A DNA stretch of 64,000 nucleotides from an uncultured delta proteobacterium (GCA_963793865.1 CAWCBP010000001.1:576001-640000); one strand, 5' to 3'. Positions 1 through 9,613 are shown, counted from the first letter of the stretch. The notes: generated from the letters alone by a model not told the origin. Program-made: numbers and translations.

Positions 1-1
1 G

Positions 2-187
2 CGTGCCGGTAAATCCAAGGCCCCCCTGAACATACATGACACATTTCAGGAGAAAGCGTGCACCGCCTGTCACGATCCCCATGCGGCACCGTATCAGCAT
101 GTTCTCAAAAAACCATTGGAGACATACCTCCCGAGTGAGATAAGAACCCCGCCGCTATCTTCTCAGCAGCCAGATCAGACTTATTAG
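2..187 (+). CDS. 3' end of a multiheme c-type cytochrome (partial, runs off window start)
   Basis: Frame 2 reads ...EKACTACHDPHAAPYQHVLKKP...TY*. The CxxCHDPH motif is typical of cytochrome c3/DmsE-like repeats. Not in the ORF track. Confidence 0.75.
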   Translation, partial: RAGKSKAPLNIHDTFQEKACTACHDPHAAPYQHVLKKPLETYLPSEIRTPPLSSQQPDQTY

Positions 188-318
188 GGCCGAGTCCTGA
201 TGCCGGAAAGCAGTAAATCCTTGCTACGCGGGTTTTGCACCCATGTCAGGAGCGCAAACAGAGATCACAGGGTGTTTGCCGGCGGAATAGGGAGTGTGCC
301 TTGAATAAACAAAAATCA

Positions 319-347
319 TTGACAAGAAAACACGGCATTATTATAGT
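319..347 (+). promoter_or_regulatory. sigma70-type promoter for the tetraheme cytochrome
   Basis: TTGACA-N17-TATAGT upstream of SD AAAGGAG and ATG 421. Confidence 0.6.
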
Positions 348-420
348 CGGCGGCAATTAAACGGCGGGGGAGGGGTGGGAAACGGATGGTTACTACATTT
401 TCAGAAAGGAGTTTAGGCAG

Positions 421-894
421 ATGAAACAAATGGCGCTTTTATTGGTGTTGGTATTGTGCTGGGCTGCAGCAGATAGGGCGGCGGGAGAGGAAGCCACCTA
501 TGTCGGCGTTAAGAAATGCAAGGTATGCCACATCAAAATCTATCAGACCTGGAAGGAAACCAAGCATGCCCTTGCCTTTGATAAATTAAACGAGCAGGAA
601 AAACAGGATCCCAAGTGCAATGAGTGCCATGTCACCGGTAAGGACGTTAATTTTCCCGGCATTCAGTGCGAGGCCTGTCATGCCCCGGGCAGTAAGTTCA
701 CCAGTGCCACCATCATGAATAAGAAAAAGTATGAGACGGATCCCGAAGGGCAGCGGAAGATGGCGCTTGAGGCGGGGTTGATCATTGCTCCCAATGAAGC
801 AAGCTGCAAACAGTGCCACAATGAACGCAGCCCGCATTACAAGCCGTTTGATTTCAAGGTGCGCTACGAGGAGATCAAGCACAAAAACAAGTAA
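421..894 (+). CDS. Periplasmic tetraheme c-type cytochrome (c554-like)
   Basis: Signal peptide; four CxxCH motifs (CKVCH, CNECH, CEACH, CKQCH); YVGxxxCxxCH...W..TKHA start. Confidence 0.88.
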   Translation: MKQMALLLVLVLCWAAADRAAGEEATYVGVKKCKVCHIKIYQTWKETKHALAFDKLNEQEKQDPKCNECHVTGKDVNFPGIQCEACHAPGSKFTSATIMNKKKYETDPEGQRKMALEAGLIIAPNEASCKQCHNERSPHYKPFDFKVRYEEIKHKNK

Positions 895-996
895 GGGCGG
901 ACAATAAGCGCATCGTTCCGGATGAGGGATCACACTGTATCCGGGCGGATGTTGAGCCGGGGAAGCGCTGGGAGCGTGCCTGGCAAAACGTATGAT

Positions 997-1052
997 CAGG
1001 GATTCACGAATGTTGTGCACGGCACACATGCATGAATCCCTGTTTGGTTTTT
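997..1052. terminator. Hairpin between convergent genes, possible terminator
   Basis: CAGGGATTCA...TGAATCCCTG followed by a T-rich tract. Confidence 0.4.
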
Positions 1053-1081
1053 CCGGATGGGAAAAGCCTGATGACCCGGGA

Positions 1082-1813
1082 TCAAGGTTTTCCGCAGGCC
1101 TTACAGTGCGGGTCTTTCTGGAGAGGGACCTCATGGAACTGCATGAGCTCCCCGTCCCAGAAAAGCATGCGGTTCTTCAGCAGGGTTCCTTTTCCGGTCA
1201 GATATTTGAGCGTTTCGAGCGCTTCCAGGGTGCCGATGACTCCGGCTGTTGCGCCGACAATGGGGAATATCGCTGACGGGGTTGATTTTGGGACAAAACA
1301 GAAAAGACAGGGGGTTTCGGGAGCGTGAATAAAGGTAATCTGGCCGGACATGCCGGTTACCCCCGCGTGAACGAAAGGCAGGCCTTTCAGAAATGCATAT
1401 TCATTGAGGACGTGGCGGGTGGAGAAGTTGTCCATGCAGTCAACGATAATGTCGGCATTGTCCACCAGCCGAGCCACATTCTCTTGAACAATATGTTCTT
1501 CCAGGGGTTCAACCGTGACCAGGGGATTGATCCGGGCGATGGTTTCCCGGGCCGAAAGGGCTTTATTTCTGCCGATGTCCGCGTCGCTGTGCAGCACCTG
1601 GCGATTGAGATTGGAAAGCTCCGGCGTGCCGGAATCACAGACTCTGAGCCGTCCGACCCCCGCGGCAGCAAGATAGATCGCAACCGGACTGCCAAGCCCG
1701 CCCGCCCCCGCGATAAAAACGGTTGACCGTTTGAGCTTCTCCTGGCCTTCCTCCCCCCAGCCGTTGAGGATGATCTGTCGCCCGTAGCGTTGCTTTTCAT
1801 CAGCCGTTAGCAT
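1082..1813 (-). CDS. moeB: HesA/MoeB/ThiF family adenylyltransferase (E1-like)
   Basis: RYGRQI, GAGGLGS, ELSNLNRQ, DCMDN and two CxxC Zn motifs; likely start MLTADEKQ at 1813. Confidence 0.9.
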   Translation of the reverse strand: MLTADEKQRYGRQIILNGWGEEGQEKLKRSTVFIAGAGGLGSPVAIYLAAAGVGRLRVCDSGTPELSNLNRQVLHSDADIGRNKALSARETIARINPLVTVEPLEEHIVQENVARLVDNADIIVDCMDNFSTRHVLNEYAFLKGLPFVHAGVTGMSGQITFIHAPETPCLFCFVPKSTPSAIFPIVGATAGVIGTLEALETLKYLTGKGTLLKNRMLFWDGELMQFHEVPLQKDPHCKACGKP

Positions 1814-1854
1814 AGGTTGCGAGGACGAGTAGTCTGTATTGAAAACAGGGACCG

Positions 1855-1974
1855 GGAGTAAAGGAATAATGGAGTGATGGAGTAATGGAGTGTTGGAGTG
1901 ATGGAAAAAAACGAGGAGATTGTTTTTCCGTAGAGCACTTCGTGTAACCAATACTCCAATGCTCCGGTACTCCA
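1855..1974. repeat. Intergenic 8-mer (TGGAGTRA/TACTCCA) direct-plus-inverted repeat element
   Basis: GGAGTAAAGGAATAATGGAGTGATGGAGTAATGGAGTGTTGGAGTGATGG, then the complementary arm CCAATACTCCAATGCTCCGGTACTCCA. Confidence 0.75.
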
Positions 1975-2057
1975 GTCCCCCGCAACTCCCGTACAAACCT
2001 AAAAAGCGGTCAGCGGTCACCACTGCCGCGATGCTATAACTGCTCTAACCCCTCACT

Positions 2058-2297
2058 CTATCCTCCAGCCACCGGAGGGAAAATGCTCAATTCATCACCC
2101 GGCTTGATGGTCTGGGTCAGGGATCCGTTGCGACCGTTGACCAGAATGATCTTGGGTATGTCGCCGGGTATGTTCAGCTTGGAGATGATTTGTTCGATGG
2201 TTGTTTGTTCGTCCGCCGCTACCATGCAGGATTTCCCGTCGCTGTCTTTGGGCAAATAATCCCGCAGGGTGGCAAACAGCTTTACCTTGACCTGCAT
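2058..2297 (-). CDS. moaD: MoaD/ThiS family ubiquitin-like sulfur carrier
   Basis: 79 aa; VKLFATLR, ILVNG and C-terminal IFPPVAGG. Confidence 0.9.
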   Translation of the reverse strand: MQVKVKLFATLRDYLPKDSDGKSCMVAADEQTTIEQIISKLNIPGDIPKIILVNGRNGSLTQTIKPGDELSIFPPVAGG

Positions 2298-2373
2298 ACA
2301 TCCGCCTCCTTGAATGCAGTGCTGTATGGTATTGTCCCGGGACAGGGTTTTCTCACTTGCGGTATGACCCGCC

Positions 2374-2664
2374 TTATTGCCCGGCCGGGGCGGCCGCTGC
2401 CGGCTTTTTCTCGGAGCCGGCGGTTTTTTCCAGCTCGATGCCCTGGTCCTCGAGCTTTTTGATATACTTTGCCGGGTCTTTTTTAAATTCGGGGATGCAG
2501 GCGGGGCAGCAGAAATATACCCGTTTCCCCTGGTAGTCGCTGTAGTGTTGTTTGTTGATCGGGCCTCCCATGACCGGGCAGTTTGTCTGCGGGGCGGTCC
2601 ACGCAGTGCCCGCGAAAAATGCGGTCAGCATGAGGATGATGGTGAGTGCTTTGATGGTTTTCAT
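2374..2664 (-). CDS. Secreted YHS-domain protein
   Basis: Signal peptide; CPVMG...YQGKRVYFCCPACIPEFKKDPAKY. Confidence 0.88.
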   Translation of the reverse strand: MKTIKALTIILMLTAFFAGTAWTAPQTNCPVMGGPINKQHYSDYQGKRVYFCCPACIPEFKKDPAKYIKKLEDQGIELEKTAGSEKKPAAAAPAGQ

Positions 2665-2891
2665 CTTCCGCTCCTTTCTGAATGAAATAGTGGACAGTAA
2701 CTGATGCGGGCGTACAATAGTGCCGGTATGTCATCAGTGCATGTTGGAAAAGGGTATATTAATTTACAGCTCCTGTCAACGACGTTCCATAATTGCATTG
2801 AGAATCTCACCCGCTTGTGCTACTGCATTGCAGATGACAGCTCAAGATGGATTGAAATAGTGCCGCAGCTCGGGGGGAGGAAAAACAAAAA

Positions 2892-3572
2892 ATGCAACGC
2901 TGGTTTCTCGCAGCGCTCCTGCTTTTATGCCGCGTTGGTGATGTTGAACGGATTAATGCGGCCGGCGATATGCCGGCAAGGCAGGTCGTTGCCATTTCAG
3001 AAAAAATCCTTGACCTTTTCGAAGAGCTGGAGGACTTCAGGTGCGATGTTGAAGCGCAATACTACCGGAGGGGGAAGGAACATCAACTCTACCGATTCAC
3101 CTTTTGGGGAGAGAGGGCAGGTACCACCCGGATAAAATTTTCCCGTCCCTATCCCGGTCTTACTGCCGCCTATAAAAAGGGGGAACATACCGTAACCGTT
3201 CAGCCGTTCCCCTTGTTGCCCTTTATAAAACTTACCTTTTCACTTTACCATTCTTTAGTCAGATCTCCCAGCGGACAGCGAATGGACCAGGCAGGTATTG
3301 AGTACATGAGCCGTTTTTTTCACAAAAACATGAATGTGATTCAACAGCATGAAAGTTCGTTCCGGGAGGAAGCAGACAGTCTGGTATTTTCCTTTTGGGC
3401 CGAGGATTACACCGGCAGCAAAGAACTCAACCGGTATAATGTCACCGTCTCGAAAGAAACGTATCTTCCCCTGCGGATAGAAAGATATGATAGCAGCTGT
3501 GAGCCCATAGAAGCCATAAGTTTTAAGAAGTTTGTCATTCAGGCCTTAGGGATAGTGCCGCCGTGCCGGTGA
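2892..3572 (+). CDS. LolA-like periplasmic protein
   Basis: Signal peptide; beta-rich; C-terminal VSKETYLPLRIERYD pattern seen in LolA-fold proteins. Confidence 0.6.
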   Translation: MQRWFLAALLLLCRVGDVERINAAGDMPARQVVAISEKILDLFEELEDFRCDVEAQYYRRGKEHQLYRFTFWGERAGTTRIKFSRPYPGLTAAYKKGEHTVTVQPFPLLPFIKLTFSLYHSLVRSPSGQRMDQAGIEYMSRFFHKNMNVIQQHESSFREEADSLVFSFWAEDYTGSKELNRYNVTVSKETYLPLRIERYDSSCEPIEAISFKKFVIQALGIVPPCR

Positions 3573-3915
3573 ATTAATTAACTCAAAAAATGTGATTGCA
3601 AACACGGCAGGTGCCGAGAGGACATTGAGAAATGGTCGTAATCAGATGATACTGTTTTTATGTGTAATATGATGAGCATTCATAAGAAAACAGTATATGT
3701 TATTGCATATTAACGGCTTTACTATTTGTGTTGTTTGTTTAACATGTATTATTATGAGATATTTTAGATTTTTTTCTTGACAAAGATTTCATAATCTGAT
3801 AATTAACATATATATCTTAATGATTTATAGCACCATGAACTAATCAGCAATCGAAAGGGAATTGGTGTGGGGTCATGCGGATTGTCAGCATGCGTCATTA
3901 TTTGCTTGCTTGAAG

Positions 3916-3960
3916 GTCGGATTATCTGCCGCGTGGCGGATTGGTAATCTGACTTTTTTT
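3916..3960 (+). terminator. Terminator-like hairpin in the 5' leader of the Cys-rich protein gene
   Basis: GTCGGATTATC/GGTAATCTGAC stem plus an inner stem, followed by T7 immediately before the SD. Confidence 0.45.
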
Positions 3961-3974
3961 AAGGGGGTGTATAG

Positions 3975-5897
3975 ATGAAAAGAATATTTTTTTCAGCGCT
4001 TTTACTCCTCATTTTTCTATTGGGTTTGACATATAACAGCTATGCCCCATGCATATCATGCCCTCCCGCCTGTAGTGAGAATGCAGACTGCGTTGACTCA
4101 GACAATTGCACGGTTGATATTTGTGTAAATAGTGCCTGTCAGCACGTACCCGTTGACTGCAGCAACCTTGATGACCAGTGCAATGTGGGGGTATGCGATC
4201 CGGGCGCGGGCACCTGTGAAAAGGATCCGCATCCGCTGAACGGTAATTCCTGTAATGACGGGAATCTGTGCACGGCAAATGATATCTGCACCAATGGCAC
4301 ATGTGCGGGATCAGCGAAGGATTGCAGTGCGTTGACCGACCAGTGCAATGTGGGGGTATGCGATCCGGGCACGGGCACCTGCGAGAAGGATCCGCTTCCG
4401 CTGAACGGTAATTCCTGTAACGACGGGAATCTGTGCACAACAAATGATATCTGCACCAATGGCACATGTGCGGGATCGGCGGAGGATTGCAGTGCGTTGA
4501 CCGACCAGTGCAACGTCGGGTTGTGCGATCCGGGAACGGGCACCTGCGAGAAGGATCCGCTGCCGCTGAACGGCAATTCCTGTAATGACGGGGATCTGTG
4601 CACGGCAAATGATATTTGCACCAATGGCACATGTGCGGGATCAGCGAAGGATTGCAGTGCGTTGACCGACCAGTGCAACGTCGGGTTGTGCGATCCGGGA
4701 ACGGGAAGCTGCGAACAGGATCCTGCGCCTAAAAATGGCAATGCCTGCAATGATGTGAACAACTGTACCGAAAACGATATATGTGTTAATGGTGAGTGTG
4801 CAGGTACTGAGATTCCGGACTGCATTTCCTGCGCGATAGAGATTGCGCGAGGGAGGTCGTGTCCCGGGGAAGAGATAGATGACCCTGCCTATAACCGGCC
4901 GGGAAGGCGAGGGCTTGCCGCCACCTGTAATGATGTCATTGATTTCACTGTCTGCTCCGATTGCCTGCCGTTCGATCCCTCGTGCCTGGTGTGGTCTATC
5001 GATCCGGCTCAATCATTCCTGAGTATTGCCCAGATCGATGACTGTTGCTGGAGGCTCACCATCGATGAAAGCTGCCAACAGCTCGAGAAGATCGCGGAGT
5101 ACGATATCACGGTGACCGACACCTGCAATAATACGTCGGATACCGTCGTGATCGAAATCGGAAAAGTCATCGTCGATCTGGGTAATACCACTGTTCAGCC
5201 CAATACGGAATCAGCCACGGTTGCGCTGGATCTCATTAACCCGGAACACCATGTAAAGGCACTGCTTGCTGACATCTGCGAATGTGCGGGCGGTGAGGAC
5301 AATCTGGAATGTACCGGGTGCGTGATTGATCCTGACCGGGCCCCTCAGTTTACTTGCTCTGCTTTCGATCAGCCTGGCGGATGCTGCAGGGTAGTCATTT
5401 ACTCCACCAACCCTGCCGCGCTGATTCTGCAGGGGAGAGGGCCGGTTGCCCAGGTGATATATCAGGCAGGTGATGCGAGCGTGGGTGATTGCGCCTGTCT
5501 GATGCCGGTCAATATCCAGATGTCAGACCAGTTTAACGAAGAGCTCTGTGCCTGCCGGCTCGCCGGCGAGGTGTGCTTCAAGACCTGCGGTGATATTTAT
5601 CCCCAGGATTGCCTGGGCGGCATATGCGCTGATACAGATTGCGGCGACGGTATAGTGGACATACTGGACATCCTGGAAGGCCTTGACATTGTTTTGGGTT
5701 TACAGGTCCCGACGTTGTGTCAAACAGGCAATGGAGACGTGCCCAACGGGGTGCCGCCATACTGCGGGAATCCCCCGGGAACACCAAACTGCGAAGGTGA
5801 CGGCGAAATCAATATTTTTGACGTGCTGGTGATGATCGACAAGGCCCTGGGCAAGATGAACTGCTGCGACTACTGCCTGTTTGGAGAAATCTATTAG
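3975..5897 (+). CDS. Secreted Cys-rich repeat protein with C-terminal cohesin-like and dockerin-like segments
   Basis: Signal peptide; CnDgnxCTxxDxC repeats; two GDGxxxIxD Ca-loop motifs near the C-terminus. Confidence 0.75.
   Translation: MKRIFFSALLLLIFLLGLTYNSYAPCISCPPACSENADCVDSDNCTVDICVNSACQHVPVDCSNLDDQCNVGVCDPGAGTCEKDPHPLNGNSCNDGNLCTANDICTNGTCAGSAKDCSALTDQCNVGVCDPGTGTCEKDPLPLNGNSCNDGNLCTTNDICTNGTCAGSAEDCSALTDQCNVGLCDPGTGTCEKDPLPLNGNSCNDGDLCTANDICTNGTCAGSAKDCSALTDQCNVGLCDPGTGSCEQDPAPKNGNACNDVNNCTENDICVNGECAGTEIPDCISCAIEIARGRSCPGEEIDDPAYNRPGRRGLAATCNDVIDFTVCSDCLPFDPSCLVWSIDPAQSFLSIAQIDDCCWRLTIDESCQQLEKIAEYDITVTDTCNNTSDTVVIEIGKVIVDLGNTTVQPNTESATVALDLINPEHHVKALLADICECAGGEDNLECTGCVIDPDRAPQFTCSAFDQPGGCCRVVIYSTNPAALILQGRGPVAQVIYQAGDASVGDCACLMPVNIQMSDQFNEELCACRLAGEVCFKTCGDIYPQDCLGGICADTDCGDGIVDILDILEGLDIVLGLQVPTLCQTGNGDVPNGVPPYCGNPPGTPNCEGDGEINIFDVLVMIDKALGKMNCCDYCLFGEIY
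4173..4810 (+). repeat. In-frame 165-bp (55 aa) tandem repeat, 3 near-identical copies plus 1 diverged
   Basis: GACCAGTGCAA unit starts at 4173, 4338, 4503 and 4668. Confidence 0.92.
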
Positions 5898-5950
5898 GAA
5901 CGCAGCGGGATTAAGATAGCCGGGGAAATGCACCATTAATCGAATATATT

Positions 5951-5981
5951 AAAAGCAGGGTATAGCGAGCCCTGCTTTTTT
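5951..5981 (+). terminator. Rho-independent terminator
   Basis: AAAAGCAGGG-loop-CCCTGCTTTTTT. Confidence 0.8.
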
Positions 5982-6290
5982 GTTTGCTTGATCATGACGG
6001 CTGTCGCGTCCCCGGAGCTTCTCAGGAGGAGTTGAAAATTTTTTTAAAAAATTTTAAAATTTATTTTGCTTTCTTCCCTCTTCTTTGCTATGCTCTGCCA
6101 AATTTTTTGGACTGATGGTTAGTAGCAATTGCACGATCGTGTGGTGGTGTGCCGGCACGGTGAGAACATGCCCGGGCGCGTGTGCCCGGAGGAAATCGGA
6201 ATATTGTTGTGCTTCGCCCGCAAATAGTTTATAGTCTTCAGCACTCAGGGCCCTGCACTGCCTGCAAAAGGCATCCGGAAAGAAAAGACC

Positions 6291-6725
6291 ATGCGGGCCT
6301 TGTCCGAGAGTGAGATAAAAAAATTCCTGTCAGAATGGACCTGGGGCACGCTCATCGCCATTGATGGCGATGGACCCTATGCCATTGAGCTCTCCTATGC
6401 ATTCGACGGTGAGTTTATTTATTGCGGATCCATGCCTGACGGCCGCATGTCCCGGTGCATTGCAAACGGCAGCCGGGTGGCATTCAAGATATGTGATTCC
6501 ACAAAAGACACCTCGCGATTCAGGGCCGCCATAGCGGAAGGGACGGTGAAAAAGCTTACCCAACGGGAGGAGATTGTTAAAGGCCTTGAGGTGCTGTATA
6601 AGAAATTGGGCTTTCCCGCGTCCCGCATTGAGAAGCGTGCCGATCAACTGTGCATACCGGGCAAGAGTGCGAGCTTTTACCGGATTGGCATCGCGGCGCT
6701 TGGGGGGAGGGCAATAGGATACTAG
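6291..6725 (+). CDS. Pyridoxamine 5'-phosphate oxidase / NimA-like flavin-binding protein
   Basis: GTL...PYAIELSY...IY...VAF split-barrel pattern. Confidence 0.75.
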   Translation: MRALSESEIKKFLSEWTWGTLIAIDGDGPYAIELSYAFDGEFIYCGSMPDGRMSRCIANGSRVAFKICDSTKDTSRFRAAIAEGTVKKLTQREEIVKGLEVLYKKLGFPASRIEKRADQLCIPGKSASFYRIGIAALGGRAIGY

Positions 6726-6778
6726 CTTTCCCGGGGGCAGGTGTGCTGCACCTGCAAATCGCTTAATGGCTCTCTGTT

Positions 6779-6988
6779 GTGGCGCAGAAAAAAAAGATCA
6801 TCAAACAGGGTGCCCAGCTGATAGTCCTGGGTTTTGAGCTGGCAACGCCGGTGGTGGTGGGCATCTTCGCCGGCTATTTCCTGGACCGGAGGTTGAACAC
6901 CCAGCCGTGGCTGATGATGCTGGGGGTTATGGCAGGATTCCTGTACGGGCTGAAAACGCTCTTTACCATGATTAAAAGAATGGAATGA
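6779..6988 (+). CDS. atpZ: AtpZ/AtpI-family small membrane protein
   Basis: GFELATPVVVG..AGYFLDRRLNTQPW; first gene of the atp operon. Confidence 0.85.
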   Translation: MAQKKKIIKQGAQLIVLGFELATPVVVGIFAGYFLDRRLNTQPWLMMLGVMAGFLYGLKTLFTMIKRME

Positions 6989-6992
6989 CCCC

Positions 6993-7394
6993 ATGTTCAA
7001 CAAGCCGCCCGGGACATCATGGACCATCAGCGCAATGCAGACGGGGACGGTTGTTACCGGGATGGTGCTGGTGCTCGGTTCCCTTTTTTTCAAGTCCCTG
7101 CCCGTGACCCTTGGGGTGTTTGCGGGGGGGCTGCTGGCCTGCATAAATTTTGTCGTGCTCCAGAAGGTGGTGGTGAAAATGACCGCCGAGACAACTCACA
7201 ACAGGGCCATCCCCGCGGCAGTCGCTGTGCTGAAATTCATTCTTCTGGCGATCGCCATTTATGCGGCCCTTTCATCAAAGTATATTGATCCCATCGGGTT
7301 TGTGGTGGGGCTTTCTTCAGTGGTGATAACGCTTGTGGTCATGCCGATCGGGAGGTCTGTGCGCGGTGCCTTCTCCCGGGAAAGCAAGGGGTAA
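6993..7394 (+). CDS. atpI: ATP synthase subunit I
   Basis: Four TM segments; position before atpB. Confidence 0.8.
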   Translation: MFNKPPGTSWTISAMQTGTVVTGMVLVLGSLFFKSLPVTLGVFAGGLLACINFVVLQKVVVKMTAETTHNRAIPAAVAVLKFILLAIAIYAALSSKYIDPIGFVVGLSSVVITLVVMPIGRSVRGAFSRESKG

Positions 7395-7395
7395 G

Positions 7396-8214
7396 ATGAA
7401 AAAGCTCATTGTGACAGCCCTGGTGGTGATGTACATGCTGCTGCCGGTCATGGCATCGCCGGTCTCCGCTTCGGAAGGGGAGGGCGCGTTTTACTGGGTG
7501 ACCCTGCTCCCCTTTTATCACTCCCTCACCGGACTGGAGCACGAATCAGAAAAAATAGCCGACTTCGGCACCATCAATGCGGATGCGGTCAGCCACGCCC
7601 TGCTGGTAAGCATCATTTTAATCGCGCTTGCCCTCTACCTCAAGTTCAAGGCCCCGCGCCAGATTGTTCCCAGCGACAAGGTGTCCCTGGGAAATATCGT
7701 CGAGGCATTGATTGAATTTGTCTATGGGCTGCTGGAAGAGAATATCGGCAGCGCAGGCAAACGATTTATTCCCATCATCGGGGCGCTGTTTGTCTTTATC
7801 CTGGTGGGTAATCTGATCGGCCTGCTCCCGGGATTTCTCCCCCCCACGGAAAACATCAACATCAACGCCGGCTGCGCGCTCATCGTTTTCTTTGCCTATC
7901 AGGGCATCGGCTTCAAGGAACACGGCGCTTCGTATCTCAAGCACTTTTGCGGTCCCATCTGGTGGCTTGCGCCGTTCATGTTTATCATTGAGCTTATCGG
8001 CCACGTGGCCCGTCCCTTTTCGCTCTCCATCAGGCTCTTCGGAAACATCATGGGAGACCACAAGGTGCTGGAAATTTTTTCCAACCTGGTGCCCATCGGC
8101 GTCCCGGTGTTTAACCTCGCCCTGGGCACATTTGTTTCGGTAATTCAGGCGCTGGTGTTTTCTCTGCTTTCAATTATTTACATAAGCCTGGCACTGGAGG
8201 CCGGCGAACATTAA
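7396..8214 (+). CDS. atpB: F0 subunit a
   Basis: [20 protein letters not shown] and [10 protein letters not shown] motifs. Confidence 0.96.
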   Translation: MKKLIVTALVVMYMLLPVMASPVSASEGEGAFYWVTLLPFYHSLTGLEHESEKIADFGTINADAVSHALLVSIILIALALYLKFKAPRQIVPSDKVSLGNIVEALIEFVYGLLEENIGSAGKRFIPIIGALFVFILVGNLIGLLPGFLPPTENININAGCALIVFFAYQGIGFKEHGASYLKHFCGPIWWLAPFMFIIELIGHVARPFSLSIRLFGNIMGDHKVLEIFSNLVPIGVPVFNLALGTFVSVIQALVFSLLSIIYISLALEAGEH

Positions 8215-8245
8215 ATCACATTATTATTGCCAAGGAGGTAGAAGA

Positions 8246-8584
8246 ATGAAGAAAACAAGTAAGATAATGGCTATCGCGTTTCTGGGGGTGATCCTGACGC
8301 TGACCTTTGCCCCGATGGTGCTGGCGGCGGAAGAGGGCGGCGGAGAACTTTCCTCCATGGCCAAGGGCATCATCGGAGCAGCCGGCGGGCTGTGCATCAG
8401 TCTGGCCGCGCTTGCCGGCACGCTGGCTCAGGGCAAGTCCATTGCCGCCGGGTTAGAGGGAATTGCCCGAAATCCGGGGGCAGCGGGAAAAATCCAGACC
8501 CCCATGATTATCGGTCTAGCCTTCCAGGAGTCCCTGGTGCTCTACGCCCTGGTGGTTGCGTTCATGCTTATTTTAAAGGTGTAG
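8246..8584 (+). CDS. atpE: F0 subunit c with N-terminal extension
   Basis: IARNP loop; QESLVLY with catalytic Glu. Confidence 0.96.
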   Translation: MKKTSKIMAIAFLGVILTLTFAPMVLAAEEGGGELSSMAKGIIGAAGGLCISLAALAGTLAQGKSIAAGLEGIARNPGAAGKIQTPMIIGLAFQESLVLYALVVAFMLILKV

Positions 8585-8627
8585 CCGGCCGCACGGGCCA
8601 ACCCCTTTTGTGATTGAGGATTAGTAC

Positions 8628-9062
8628 ATGGCAATGCTCCAGGTAAACAGCACGCTTTTCTTCCAGATCGGCAACTTCCTGGCGCTCATCTGGATACTCA
8701 ACAAGCTCATGTTCAGGCCGTTCCTTGAGCTGGTGGAGCGCAGGAAGCAAGAAACCGACGGCACCCGTAAAAAGGCCGAGGATATAATGGACCGTGCGGA
8801 GAGCGTCAAGGGATCGTATGACGAGGGCATATCCGCTGCGAACTCAGAGGCAGGTGCTCTGAGCGAGGTTCAGCGCAAGGCGGGACGGGAGGAGGGCGAG
8901 CGGATAATGGATGAAGCGCGCGCCAACAGCTCGGAGTATCTTGCCAGCACATGGAAAGAACTGCAGGCTGGGCTTCTCGAGGAAAGAAAACAGATTGCCG
9001 GGATATCGATTGACCTGGCCGGGGAAATGGCCAGAAAAATTTTGGGGAGAAATACCCGATGA
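8628..9062 (+). CDS. atpF: F0 subunit b'
   Basis: TM anchor QIGNFLALIWILNKLMFRP followed by coiled coil. Confidence 0.88.
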   Translation: MAMLQVNSTLFFQIGNFLALIWILNKLMFRPFLELVERRKQETDGTRKKAEDIMDRAESVKGSYDEGISAANSEAGALSEVQRKAGREEGERIMDEARANSSEYLASTWKELQAGLLEERKQIAGISIDLAGEMARKILGRNTR

Positions 9063-9613
9063 AGGGCAGATACGTCCCGGTCGCTATATTTGTGATAGCA
9101 GGACTGGCAGTGCTCTTCGTGCCGCTGCCCGCAGCGGTAAAGAGTTTGCTTTACAAGACCTATAACCTGGTCCTGTTCTGCTATATCCTGTACGTGGTTG
9201 CCGCACCGGCAGTGCGGGACCTGTTTGTCGAGCGCAAGAAACAGATACAGAGGCATATAGTCGAGGCACGGGCAGCCAAAGAGCAGGCGGAAGAGCTGCT
9301 CCGCAGTTATGAGGAGAAGGTTAGGGATCTTGAACAGGAGAAGGCCCGGATTCTTGCACGGTATAAAGAGGAGGGAGCCTTACAACGGCAAATAATTATC
9401 GAGGAGGCTCAGCAGGAGGCAAAGCGAATTATACAGCAAGCCAGGGATATTATGCTGAATGAGTCCAAAAGGGCGCAGCTTGCCTTCCGGGAAGAGATTA
9501 TCGCGGCTTCTCTGCGGCTGTCACAAGAATTGCTCACTCAGCAGTACAACAAGGATGATCAGAAGAGGGCAATCGAAGAAACGCTGGTGAGGGTAAAGGA
9601 TCTTCAATTATGA
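9059..9613 (+). CDS. atpF: F0 subunit b
   Basis: TM plus long coiled coil; operon position. Confidence 0.85.
   Translation: MKGRYVPVAIFVIAGLAVLFVPLPAAVKSLLYKTYNLVLFCYILYVVAAPAVRDLFVERKKQIQRHIVEARAAKEQAEELLRSYEEKVRDLEQEKARILARYKEEGALQRQIIIEEAQQEAKRIIQQARDIMLNESKRAQLAFREEIIAASLRLSQELLTQQYNKDDQKRAIEETLVRVKDLQL

Noticed and set aside
190..300. c-di-GMP-I riboswitch (GCAAA motifs)
   Set aside because: The GNRA/receptor two-stem architecture could not be built on either strand.
4173..4810. Regularly spaced repeats as a CRISPR array
   Set aside because: Units are contiguous 165-bp in-frame coding repeats with no unique spacers and no cas genes.
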